From assembly GCF_000829315.1 (NCBI RefSeq), contig NZ_AP013028.1:1140001-1172000 (forward strand): a stretch of DNA of 32,000 bases, read 5' to 3'. The translations under genes and the position numbers were made by a program. This stretch comes from Wolbachia endosymbiont of Cimex lectularius. Its GTDB lineage: Bacteria > Pseudomonadota > Alphaproteobacteria > Rickettsiales > Anaplasmataceae. Numbering within the stretch: the first letter of the stretch is position 1; each line of letters opens with the position of its first letter. Of the stretch, positions 9,416-17,873 are shown in pieces. Under the pieces are notes generated by a model that worked only from the letters and a program-made list of their open reading frames with translations, did not search any database and had not been told where the DNA came from.

Positions 9416-10174
9416 ATGAATAGAGAGAAAGCTTTAGAAATTTTGGGAATAGCAAATGATCTTTCTAATCCTGACATTGTTTATCAAGTTAAACAACAAC
9501 TTGAGGGATTGCATAATGATAATACAGGGAAACTCTCAGAGAAAATAGAAGCATGCAAATTGCTTACTAAAAGTCAACCAGAGGTTTTCTCGAATTTTGT
9601 AATATCGGTTATCAAAGATAATAAGCCAGACTTTTTGGAGTTGTTATTAAAAACAGTAAAAAATGATGATAAGTTTAATTATTTGAATACAGAGAGCGTA
9701 GATGGTGAAAGACCATTAAGCTTTGCACTTGGAAATGATAAATGGAGTAAAGAAGTTAAAGTTGTAAATTTACTGTTGGAACATGGTGCTAGCGCTCATA
9801 CAAGAGGTAAGGGAGACAAGTCAGTATTCCATTATATTTTCGATGGTTATGGTGATTTTGATTGCTATGAAGGTATAGTAAAATCACTTCTGGATAAAGG
9901 TGTTAGTCCTAATATACAGGATGATCGAGGTAGGGCGCCGTTGCATTACTTGTGTGAACACGGCTATCGCAAGGGTAGTGTTGAAATTGTAAAATTGCTT
10001 TTGAGGAGAGGTGCTGATCCAGACCTGAAGGATAAAGATGGCAAGAAACCAGTAGATCTTGTTAATTCTGGCAGTGATGTTGGAGAAATGTTTGGTGCTA
10101 TTAACTATGAGAAAGCAGCTATACTCGGGATTGCTGCACTATTAGCTACGGTGTGCAGTATTGCTTTGGTTTAA
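9416..10174 (+). CDS. Ankyrin-repeat protein with C-terminal transmembrane segment
   Basis: Repeats such as RPLSFALGNDKW..VVNLLLEHGASAH, RAPLHYLCEHGY..IVKLLLRRGADPDLKDKDGKKP; C-terminal AAILGIAALLATVCSIALV. Confidence 0.85.
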   Translation: MNREKALEILGIANDLSNPDIVYQVKQQLEGLHNDNTGKLSEKIEACKLLTKSQPEVFSNFVISVIKDNKPDFLELLLKTVKNDDKFNYLNTESVDGERPLSFALGNDKWSKEVKVVNLLLEHGASAHTRGKGDKSVFHYIFDGYGDFDCYEGIVKSLLDKGVSPNIQDDRGRAPLHYLCEHGYRKGSVEIVKLLLRRGADPDLKDKDGKKPVDLVNSGSDVGEMFGAINYEKAAILGIAALLATVCSIALV

Positions 10175-10181
10175 TCTAGCT

Positions 10182-10367
10182 ATGAGCATTAGTATCAACA
10201 TAGCCCAAATTTCGTGTTTTGCTTTTGCAGCAGTTATGGCCACTGCTTTATTATGTTGTGCGTGTTACGCAATAAAAACTCTATTTTTTTCACCAGGACC
10301 ATCGTCTGAGTTTACTGAAGCTAGGGCAGAGTTTCTTAATAGTCAGAAAATCGCAGGAACAGTATAG
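10182..10367 (+). CDS. Small hypothetical membrane protein
   Basis: ATG at 10182 in the frame of the 10161 ORF; one hydrophobic segment FAFAAVMATALLCCACYAI; close behind the ankyrin gene. Confidence 0.4.
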   Translation: MSISINIAQISCFAFAAVMATALLCCACYAIKTLFFSPGPSSEFTEARAEFLNSQKIAGTV

Positions 10368-10540
10368 GAGTAATTTGTACCCAACGTCCACAACTGTACG
10401 AATATTGTGATTTGAGCCTACCACTAGGGTGTCATGCAAGTAGCTGGCACTGGCATCCAGGAATTTTATTAAGTTGGTGAGTATAAAAGTAGCTGTTTTA
10501 TGTTAAAATACGACGTTTTGATGATTATAGAAAGGCTGGA

Positions 10541-10562
10541 TCCCAGTGTCGGAGCACTGGGA
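10541..10562. repeat. Small palindromic element (TCCCAGTG-loop-CACTGGGA)
   Basis: Perfect 8-bp arms 10541-10548 / 10555-10562. Confidence 0.7.
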
Positions 10563-10669
10563 TGACACCGTCTGTTACGCAAATTACCTGCTAATTGCAA
10601 TGTTCGTACAGTTGTGCCAACGTCCAAGTAGCTTAGCTGTACGAGGGTTGTAATATGTAAACGATGTCG

Positions 10670-10690
10670 TTCCAGCGCGTGACGCTGGAA
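10670..10690. repeat. Small palindromic element (TTCCAGCG-cgtga-CGCTGGAA)
   Basis: Perfect 8-bp arms; same core as the 12-bp palindrome at 30504. Confidence 0.7.
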
Positions 10691-10770
10691 TCTAGGAATT
10701 TTATCGAGTAGGTGAGCATAAAAGTTATGTTAAAATGCACCATTTTTATGGAAAGCTGGATCCCAGATAC

Positions 10771-11106
10771 AAGGCAAAAGAAGCCCCGTGGTAGCTAGTT
10801 ATTCACTATCTATCTTATAACATTGGCGTTTTTGATGTCTTAAACGACTTATAAGCGCGTTTCAGCTTGTATAGGTAAAAAAACAGAAGTTTTAAAAAGA
10901 CATGCAATGCACATAGTGCGAAAAATTAAACATGAGACGGCAAATATGCTAAGTTTTTTTGTCATTTAATCTGCACAGACTGAAGATAAATAATAACTCC
11001 AGTCTCATTATAAGGGGGTTGAAGGAATTTGTCAAGTAGTTTTTTTTGTTTCCATTGAATATATGCTTGGCGCTGCCAAAACTGATTTGTTATGCGAGAG
11101 ATCTAG
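10771..11106 (-). repeat. Dispersed promoter-bearing repeat, copy E3 (inverted, first module only)
   Basis: On the - strand: TTGACA (11035-11030)-N17-TATAAT (11012-11007), same downstream blocks, hairpin 10862-10842, ends at ACGGGGCTTCTTTTGCC. Confidence 0.85.
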
Positions 11107-11127
11107 TGAAAATCGGCATAATATCTC

Positions 11128-11156
11128 TTGACATCTAATAAGTCTATGAATAGTAT
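11128..11156 (+). promoter_or_regulatory. Putative sigma70 promoter of the folate/CADD cluster
   Basis: TTGACA (11128-11133), 17-nt spacer, TAGTAT (11151-11156); 35 nt upstream of ATG 11192, with AAGGAG ribosome-binding site. Confidence 0.65.
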
Positions 11157-11191
11157 GAAATAGTTTTGTGTTAACTTAAGGAGTTATTATA

Positions 11192-11848
11192 ATGTTTATT
11201 CAATTACTTAATAGAGAACTAGATAGTTTGCATTTATTAAAACATCAGTTTTACCAATCATGGAATGAAGGAAATTTGAGTCTTGAAGCCCTACAAATTT
11301 ACGCTAAGGAATATTATCATCATGTTGCCGCATTTCCTCGTTATATTAGTGGTATACATTCTTTGTGCCCAAATCTGAAAATGCGACAAGTTTTGCTTGG
11401 TAATTTAATAGAAGAAGAACAAGGCGATGAAAACCATCCAGAGTTATGGCAACGTTTTGCTGAAGGGCTTGGTGTCTCACGATCCGATCTTCGTGAAGAT
11501 GCACAAATTAACGAGACACAAGAATTAGTTGATGGTTACTTTGATATTGTACGATCAGGCTTTGCAATGGGTCTTGGAGCTCTTTATGCTTATGAACGTC
11601 AAACTCCAGAGGTTTCTAAGTCTAAAATTGAAGGTCTGAAAAAGCATTATTCAATAGATGATGAGCGCTCTCTCCAATTTTTTACTGTTCACATGGATGC
11701 TGATGAATGGCACTCTGAGGAGTGTGCAAACCTTATTGCGGATTTAAATGAAGAAGAACAAGGGAAAGTTATGCAAGGTGCTAAAAAAGGAGCAAAGCTT
11801 TTATGGGGTTTTCTTGATGGAATGATGAACGCATATGCACATTGCTGA
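11192..11848 (+). CDS. CADD-like / TenA-PqqC-fold iron enzyme, putative p-aminobenzoate synthase
   Basis: 218 aa; HQFYQSWNEG, YAKEYYHHVAAFPRYISGIHS, NLIEEEQGDENHPELW, GALYAYERQTPEVSKSKIEGL, FTVHMDADEWHSEE align motif by motif with Chlamydia CADD (CT610), recalled from memory. Confidence 0.9.
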   Translation: MFIQLLNRELDSLHLLKHQFYQSWNEGNLSLEALQIYAKEYYHHVAAFPRYISGIHSLCPNLKMRQVLLGNLIEEEQGDENHPELWQRFAEGLGVSRSDLREDAQINETQELVDGYFDIVRSGFAMGLGALYAYERQTPEVSKSKIEGLKKHYSIDDERSLQFFTVHMDADEWHSEECANLIADLNEEEQGKVMQGAKKGAKLLWGFLDGMMNAYAHC

Positions 11849-11940
11849 GGGGTTTTCATCAATAAAGGGGGAAAATTTCTCTTGAGTAATTTGGTAAACT
11901 TCAGAAACATGTGGGTTTTTGTAAGCTAGAGAGTATAAAG

Positions 11941-12354
11941 ATGGGACTAGGTACAAAACTGTTATGTAACCTCCTTATCCAGGATTTACGGCTTTGGGTT
12001 CATTTAGGCTGTAGTACAGAAGAGAAGTTTCATTCCCAATTAGTGAGTATTAATGTTGATTTTACCTTTAAGTCTCCTCCTGTAGGGCTTATAACTGATC
12101 GGCTTGAAGACACTATCTGCTATCTGGAGGTAGTGCAGAGTATACAATCGCTTGCTCGAAGCAAGCAATTCAATTTAATCGAGCGTTTCACTCATGATGT
12201 ATATGTAACCATTAGTAACCTTTTGATGCAGAAAAGGCATATTATTTCTTCTATAAGAGTGACTACTCACAAAGTTGCACCACCCGTTCCCGATGTACAT
12301 GGGGGTGTTCTCTTCACCTATTACAATGCACTGCAAGAACAGGAAGATAACTAA
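11941..12354 (+). CDS. folB: Dihydroneopterin aldolase family protein
   Basis: Likely ATG 11941 (MGLGTKLLCNLLIQDLRLWVHLGCSTEEK..); FolB-like sequence and position before folKP. Confidence 0.82.
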   Translation: MGLGTKLLCNLLIQDLRLWVHLGCSTEEKFHSQLVSINVDFTFKSPPVGLITDRLEDTICYLEVVQSIQSLARSKQFNLIERFTHDVYVTISNLLMQKRHIISSIRVTTHKVAPPVPDVHGGVLFTYYNALQEQEDN

Positions 12355-13652
12355 TGATTTATATTTCTATTGGCTCAAATATAGGAAATCGCCTTTCTAA
12401 TTTACAAAAGGCTGCTCAGTTACTAAAGGAGCGCTATTTTAAAGATCTAAAATCTTCGATTGTCTTAGAAACTAAGGCTATTTTACCAAATGGTGCTCCA
12501 ATTGAGTGGGACAAGCCATTTTTTAACATGGTTGTGTATGGAAATTGCTCTGTTTCTCCTGAAGAGTTATTAAAGGGCCTAAAACAAATCGAATGTGACA
12601 TTGGTCGTCCACAGATTCATGAAAAGTGGGCACCTCGTATTATCGACTTGGATATTTTATTATGGGATGATTTGACACTCGATACACCCTACCTTAAGGT
12701 TCCTCACCCAGAATTGTTGAGCAGACCATTTTTGCTTCACTTGATGGCAATGCTCAGCCCCATGGGTGATATTCCAACGACCAACAAAACGTTTGGTACT
12801 GTTGCTCACAACACTCCTAGCGTTCAAGACTGCTTTTTAAAGAGTTTTACGCTTTCACCAGAGCTTGTGGGAATTGTCAACGTCACTCCTGATTCATTTT
12901 CAGATGGTGGTCTCTATTATGAGACAGATCAAGCAACTAAGCAGGCATTGCAACTGGTATCAGATGGTGCAAGCGTAGTTGATCTTGGTGCTCAATCAAC
13001 AAGGCCTAGATCTTCGATGCAAACCCCAGAGGAGGAATATGCACGTTTAAAACCAGTACTTGATAATCTTAGTCATTATATGAAAGCTGGCGATATTAAA
13101 GTCAGTATTGATAGTTTCTGGCCGGATGTTATTTTAAAAGCTTTGGAATATTACAACATTGCTTGGATAAACGATGTTAAAGGAGATCTAGATGATAATA
13201 CCTTAAAAGCAATTGCTAGCGGTGAGTGTAGCATCGTTATTATGCATTCACTTTCCATACCACCACATAAAGACAACATTATTCCAGGTAACACTGACCC
13301 CATCAATACCATAAATCACTGGGCAGAGAAAAGCGTTGATAGATTACTAGCTCTAGGTTTTAATAAAAGCTCAATAATTATTGATCCTGGTATAGGTTTT
13401 GGAAAATCCCTATATCAGAATATCTGGATTTTGCGCAATATAGAAGCATTGCAAAGTTTCGGCTGCAAGGTTCTAGTGGGTCATTCTAGAAAGTCATTTA
13501 TTTCTTCTTTTTCTTCAGAATCTGCCTTTAACCGAGATTTAGAAACAATTTCTATGTCATCTGTATTACACAATAAGGTTGATTTCCTTCGAGTGCATAA
13601 TGTGCGCGATCACATGCGATTTTTTGTAGCCCAAGCTGCCTTACAGGGATGA
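12354..13652 (+). CDS. folKP: Bifunctional HPPK / dihydropteroate synthase
   Basis: 432 aa; N-terminal ISIGSNIGNR..RIIDLDILLWDD (FolK); C-terminal GIVNVTPDSFSDGG..DIGAQSTRP-type and IIDPGIGFGKS (FolP). Confidence 0.95.
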   Translation: MIYISIGSNIGNRLSNLQKAAQLLKERYFKDLKSSIVLETKAILPNGAPIEWDKPFFNMVVYGNCSVSPEELLKGLKQIECDIGRPQIHEKWAPRIIDLDILLWDDLTLDTPYLKVPHPELLSRPFLLHLMAMLSPMGDIPTTNKTFGTVAHNTPSVQDCFLKSFTLSPELVGIVNVTPDSFSDGGLYYETDQATKQALQLVSDGASVVDLGAQSTRPRSSMQTPEEEYARLKPVLDNLSHYMKAGDIKVSIDSFWPDVILKALEYYNIAWINDVKGDLDDNTLKAIASGECSIVIMHSLSIPPHKDNIIPGNTDPINTINHWAEKSVDRLLALGFNKSSIIIDPGIGFGKSLYQNIWILRNIEALQSFGCKVLVGHSRKSFISSFSSESAFNRDLETISMSSVLHNKVDFLRVHNVRDHMRFFVAQAALQG

Positions 13653-14143
13653 TGATTATCGGAGTTATGGCCGTTGATCCAAACGGGGTAATTGGAATAA
13701 ATAATGGATTGCCCTGGCATTATCCAAGTGAGCTGGAGCATTTTCGCCAGGTGACTGACAAACAAGTTATAGTTATGGGAAGAAAGACATTTGAAACCAT
13801 GCCTCAAAGCATATTGAAGGATCGTGTTCCTGTTGTTTTTTCTCGTAACAAGCTAAGTTTGTGTTTTAATAGAGGTATAAAATGTACTGTTGTTTCTTCT
13901 ATGCAAGAATTTCTATCAATTCAGAATAGTTGGAATTACTCCAAAATCTTCATGGTTGGTGGAGCACAGATAGCGCACCTTTTTTTAGAGCATAATCTAA
14001 TCTCAGAATTTATCATAACAGAAATCCACAAACCTTATAAAGGTGAAGTATATTTCAACTTAGCACTCCTTGATGGGTGGAATAAAACTATTCTCACCGA
14101 AACAAAAGATTATACTATATGCAGGCTAATATATGCAAGTTGA
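13649..14143 (+). CDS. folA: Dihydrofolate reductase
   Basis: 164 aa; IGVMAVDPNGVIGINNGLPWHYPSELEHFRQVT and VIMGRKTFE; overlaps the folKP stop. Confidence 0.94.
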   Translation: MMIIGVMAVDPNGVIGINNGLPWHYPSELEHFRQVTDKQVIVMGRKTFETMPQSILKDRVPVVFSRNKLSLCFNRGIKCTVVSSMQEFLSIQNSWNYSKIFMVGGAQIAHLFLEHNLISEFIITEIHKPYKGEVYFNLALLDGWNKTILTETKDYTICRLIYAS

Positions 14144-14876
14144 AGCAATTTACACCCACCGCGTTGAATGCGGTGAAACATTAGAGAAGATTCTTGATCG
14201 CTATGTTTCAAAATTATTGAGGGAGGAGGTTGTGCTTGCTATCACATCAAAAATCATTTCCGTTTGCCAAAAGCAAGTAGTTCACAAAACTGCCTGCTCT
14301 AAAGAAGAGCTGGTTAAAAGAGAAGCTGATGCGGTTGTTGATGTAGATTGCAATCCACATGGCATCTATTTGACAATTAAAGATGATATTTTAATTCCAT
14401 CTGCCGGCATTGACGAATCAAACGGTGATGAGGTGTATATTCTATATCCAAAAGATGTTCAGAAAACAGCTATATCAGTATGGAACTACCTAAGGACAAA
14501 ATTCTGCATAAAGCATCTTGGTATTTTGATTACAGATAGCAATATAGCACCTATGCGCCTTGGGGTTACAGGAATTGCTCTTGGTTGGTGTGGATTTGAG
14601 CAGCTTTATTCCTATGTAGGCAAGCCAGATCTTTATAGTAGGCCACTCCAGGTAACACAAATCAATCTTCTTGATGCGCTGGCAGCATCCGCTGTTTTAG
14701 TCATGGGAGAAGGGGCAGAACAAACGCCAATGGCAGTCATTAGAGATGTACCAAAAATCCGCTTCCTTACTCGTCCACCGACTATAGAAGAAGAGAGAAG
14801 TGTTAAGATATCGGTGGAAGAGGACCTTTATTCTCCTCTACTCATGAAAGCCCGATGGTTGAAGAACGTGGGATAA
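14133..14876 (+). CDS. COG1478/CofE-family glutamate ligase, candidate FolC2 dihydrofolate synthase substitute
   Basis: 247 aa; LAITSKIISVCQ..., ILIPSAGIDESNGDEVYILYP, ILITDSNIAPMRLGVTGIALG; overlaps folA; position matches chlamydial CT611. Confidence 0.85.
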   Translation: MQVEAIYTHRVECGETLEKILDRYVSKLLREEVVLAITSKIISVCQKQVVHKTACSKEELVKREADAVVDVDCNPHGIYLTIKDDILIPSAGIDESNGDEVYILYPKDVQKTAISVWNYLRTKFCIKHLGILITDSNIAPMRLGVTGIALGWCGFEQLYSYVGKPDLYSRPLQVTQINLLDALAASAVLVMGEGAEQTPMAVIRDVPKIRFLTRPPTIEEERSVKISVEEDLYSPLLMKARWLKNVG

Positions 14877-14925
14877 ATTTATAAAGCTAGAGCATGCAGC
14901 CTAACTTTTCCTTTTATATCATACG

Positions 14926-15420
14926 TTAGATCTCTTGCACAGCAAACCAATTTTGACACGCCATAAAACAAAAAAAACTACTTGACAAATTCTTTCAACC
15001 CCCTCATAATGAGATTGAGGCTATTATTTATCTTCAGTCTGTGCAGATAAAACGACAAAAAACTCAATGTATTTGGCGTCTCATGTTTAATTTTTTGCAC
15101 TATGTGCACTCCATGTCTTTATAAAACTTCTAGGTTTTTACCTAATATAAGCTAAAATGCGCTTGCTAAAGCATTTAAGACAATAAAAAACGCCAATTTA
15201 AAAGATAGATAGTGGATAACTAGCTAGCGGGGTTTCTTTTGCCTTTTGTCTGTTTAGTAAATTTCTTAACGTTTAAATTTAGATCAGTTGCGGTTTAAAA
15301 GCAGCTAGATTAGACGTTTAGAATAAAAAAACGCCAATTTATAAAGTTAATATAAATAACTAGCCACCAACGGGGCTCCTTTTGCTTTTTTTTCTATTTA
15401 ATAAATTTCTTAAATATTTA
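14926..15420 (+). repeat. Dispersed promoter-bearing repeat, copy E2
   Basis: TTAGATCTCT 14926-14935; TTGACA (14982-14987)-N17-CATAAT (15005-15010); hairpin AAATGC..GCATTT (15155-15176); two terminator-like modules. Confidence 0.85.
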
Positions 15421-15578
15421 TAACTAAAGTAGTATCTTGGATTCCAGTGTCCGCTACTTGGATGACAAGAAAAGGCTACTTGGATAACAGGAGGCTAATA
15501 TGGAAAACATAAACTTTCTAAAATTCATTGAGTTATGCTTTAAAACAGTGATGCCGGGGTGTGAGTATAAGAACCTGT

Positions 15579-15935
15579 TTAAAATCTTCGTAACAGGAGA
15601 GAAATGAAGGAGAGGACTATCATCTGTAAGCTAGTGTTGAGCTTCCGCTCGCAATTTTTCCACAATCGCCTGCACTTTTCTAACCAGGCAAAAGAGCGTT
15701 CAACAACCCATCTTTTTGGCAATACGACGAAAGTGTGTAACTCACTTCGCTTTATTACTTCAACAGTCGCACCAATGATAGCTTTTATTTGTGTTGCAAA
15801 ATTTTCTCCTGTGTAGCCAGCATCAACCAGTATGTTTTTAACTTCAGAGAGGTTTGCTTTAGCATTTTCGACCATTTTCACAGCACTGCTACGGTCAGTT
15901 GCTTCTGCCGTTGTTACATAAATTGCATGTGGCAA
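15579..15935 (-). CDS. IS5-family transposase OrfB (C-terminal part; the frame continues upstream without ATG through EKKGYDAGKKISGIKRHIAVDTQG to overlap OrfA)
   Basis: Y(..)R..E(..)K region: KRWVVERSFAWLEKCRRLWKNCERKLNTSLQMIVLSFISLLLRRF. Confidence 0.85.
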   Translation of the reverse strand: MPHAIYVTTAEATDRSSAVKMVENAKANLSEVKNILVDAGYTGENFATQIKAIIGATVEVIKRSELHTFVVLPKRWVVERSFAWLEKCRRLWKNCERKLNTSLQMIVLSFISLLLRRF

Positions 15936-16053
15936 ACCTTGTGTATCAACTGCAATATGGCGCTTTATCCCTGAAATCTTTTTACCTGCATCATAGCCTT
16001 TTTTTTCAGCAGTATCTGCGTTTTTAACGCTTTGAGAATCAATTATACAAAAG

Positions 16054-16374
16054 CTAGTTTTCTCTTTCCGACCATTGCTGATACGGACCTCTCCAACTAA
16101 TTTTTTTTAAGACTAATTCCAACAAGCTTGGCTCTTCTCCATTCTTTTTACTCCACACTCGAAAATAGTAATATACGCTTTCCCATCTTGGAAAACCCTT
16201 TGGTAACATCCTCCACTGACAACCACTTTTTAAGACGTACAACACCCCACAAAATACGTCATACAAATCAAGTTTTCTTGGTTTTGTTTTCTGCTTGCTA
16301 CTCTCCAAAATTGGCCTGATTTTTTCAAACTGCTCTTGACTTATATTACTTGGATAACTTTTCTGCATAGACAC
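16054..16374 (-). CDS. IS5-family transposase OrfA
   Basis: Identical to 8997..9317 translation. Confidence 0.9.
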   Translation of the reverse strand: MSMQKSYPSNISQEQFEKIRPILESSKQKTKPRKLDLYDVFCGVLYVLKSGCQWRMLPKGFPRWESVYYYFRVWSKKNGEEPSLLELVLKKISWRGPYQQWSEREN

Positions 16375-17873
16375 CTCATTATTAATCTATGCTTACTTTA
16401 CCTCACATTTCCAAGATTTTAAACAGGTTCTAACGACTATCAGTATGTAAAAGTCATAGCAGACAGGCTTGAAGCAGCAAATGTTGGCAAAATGAGGCGA
16501 ATAATATTCAATATGCCTCCGCGCTCAATGAAATCCCTGTGCGTCAGTGTTGCATGGCCGCATGGATACTTGGCAATCAGCTAACCGCGAGAATAATAGT
16601 TGCAAGCTATTCTCAGCGGCTGAGCGAAAAACACTCGCTCGATACAAGGTGCGTGATGCAATCGGATTGGTATAGAGAGCTGTTTCCAGAGGTAGAGCTA
16701 CCCACAGAACAAAACACTAAATACAAATTTCAAACAGTGCAGAGAGGATACAGAATCGCAACATCTGTTGGTGGAACATTAACCGGCGAAGGTGGTGATT
16801 TCATTATTGCGGATGATCCACTGAGCTCCACTCAAGCTTTGAGTGAAACTCTTAGAAAACGTGCTACAAACTGGTTCGACCAGACTTTAGTAAGCAGATT
16901 CAACAATAGAAAAAAAGGAGTCATCGTTCTTGTGATGCACAGACTTCACTTGGAAGACTTAACTGGGCACCTCCTCTCCAAACCGAAAATCATATGGCAC
17001 CATATTAGTTTACCAATGATATATGAAAATAAGGAGATCATTTATTCAATCAAAAAACCAGCGCCTACTTTTCTTGTTCCGGTCATCCAAGTAACTAAAG
17101 ATGGGCACACCAGCAATAAACCAGTATCAGCTACTTACATGACACCACCTGCAAGGATATACTCAAGAGAAGAAGGTCAGCCGCTATACCCCCTAGATGG
17201 AGGAAGGGAAGAAGTTGAGATGATAAAGGCTGAACTTGGAAGCTATGCTTTTGCTGCGCAATATCAACAAAACCCTCTGCCGCTTTCAAGTGGTATAATC
17301 AAGCTAGAGTGGCTGAAGCGCTATAGAAATTTTCCTGATGACCTCTCGCATGTAACCTAGAGCTGGGATACTGAGGTTTCAACGAGCAACTCTAGCAACT
17401 TCAGCGTCTGCACCACTTTGGCAAAAGTGGGCAATAAGTTTTATTTACTCGATGTATATCGTGCAAAACTTGAGTATCCAAAACTTAAAGAGCAAGTTCT
17501 GTCACTAGCTGCAAGATGGACACCACACGCAGTTTTAATTGAAGCAAAAACAAGCGGTCAGCAATTGGTACAAGAGCTGAAGGCAAACAGTGATTTACCC
17601 GTTATTGAAATAGTACCGCATGATGACAAATTCGCTCGATTCCATCAGATTGTTCCGATTATAGAGTCTGGAAAAGTTTTTCTGCCGCACCAAGCGATAT
17701 GGCTCAATGATTTTGAGTATGAAATTTTAATGTTCCCAGAAGCACATCACAATGACCAAGTCGACAGCACCGTGCAATATCTGCAGTGGATGAGAGAAAG
17801 TACCTCCAGGGTCGCAACTATACGAACATTGTGATTTGAGCCTGCCAGGAGGATGTCATCCAAGTAGTTGGTA

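Larger units (their letters stand above)
15571..16430 (-). mobile_element. ISWpi1-like IS5-family insertion sequence, copy 2 (860 bp)
   Basis: GAACCTGTTTAAAATCTT terminal repeats; TAA duplication (15568-15570 / 16431-16433). Confidence 0.96.
15500..17834 (+). pseudogene. Phage (WO-like) terminase large subunit, disrupted
   Basis: AGGAGG RBS, then MENINFLKFIELCFKTVMPGCEY | IS 15571-16430 | NDYQYVKVIADRLEAANVGKMRRIIFNMPPRSMKSLCVSVAWP (Walker A-like), 1-nt frameshift near 16562, amber TAG 17358-17360, then SWDTEVSTSNSSNFSVCTTLAKVGNKFYLLDVYRAKLEYPKL. Confidence 0.9.

Noticed and set aside
8513-16430. ISWpi1-bounded composite transposon carrying the fol cluster
   Set aside because: Each IS has its own 3-bp duplication (TTA/TTA and TAA/TAA). 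The outer ends do not share a duplication, so composite transposition is not supported.
15500-17834. A functional WO prophage locus
   Set aside because: Only a terminase remnant is present; the neighbours are purF and folate genes.
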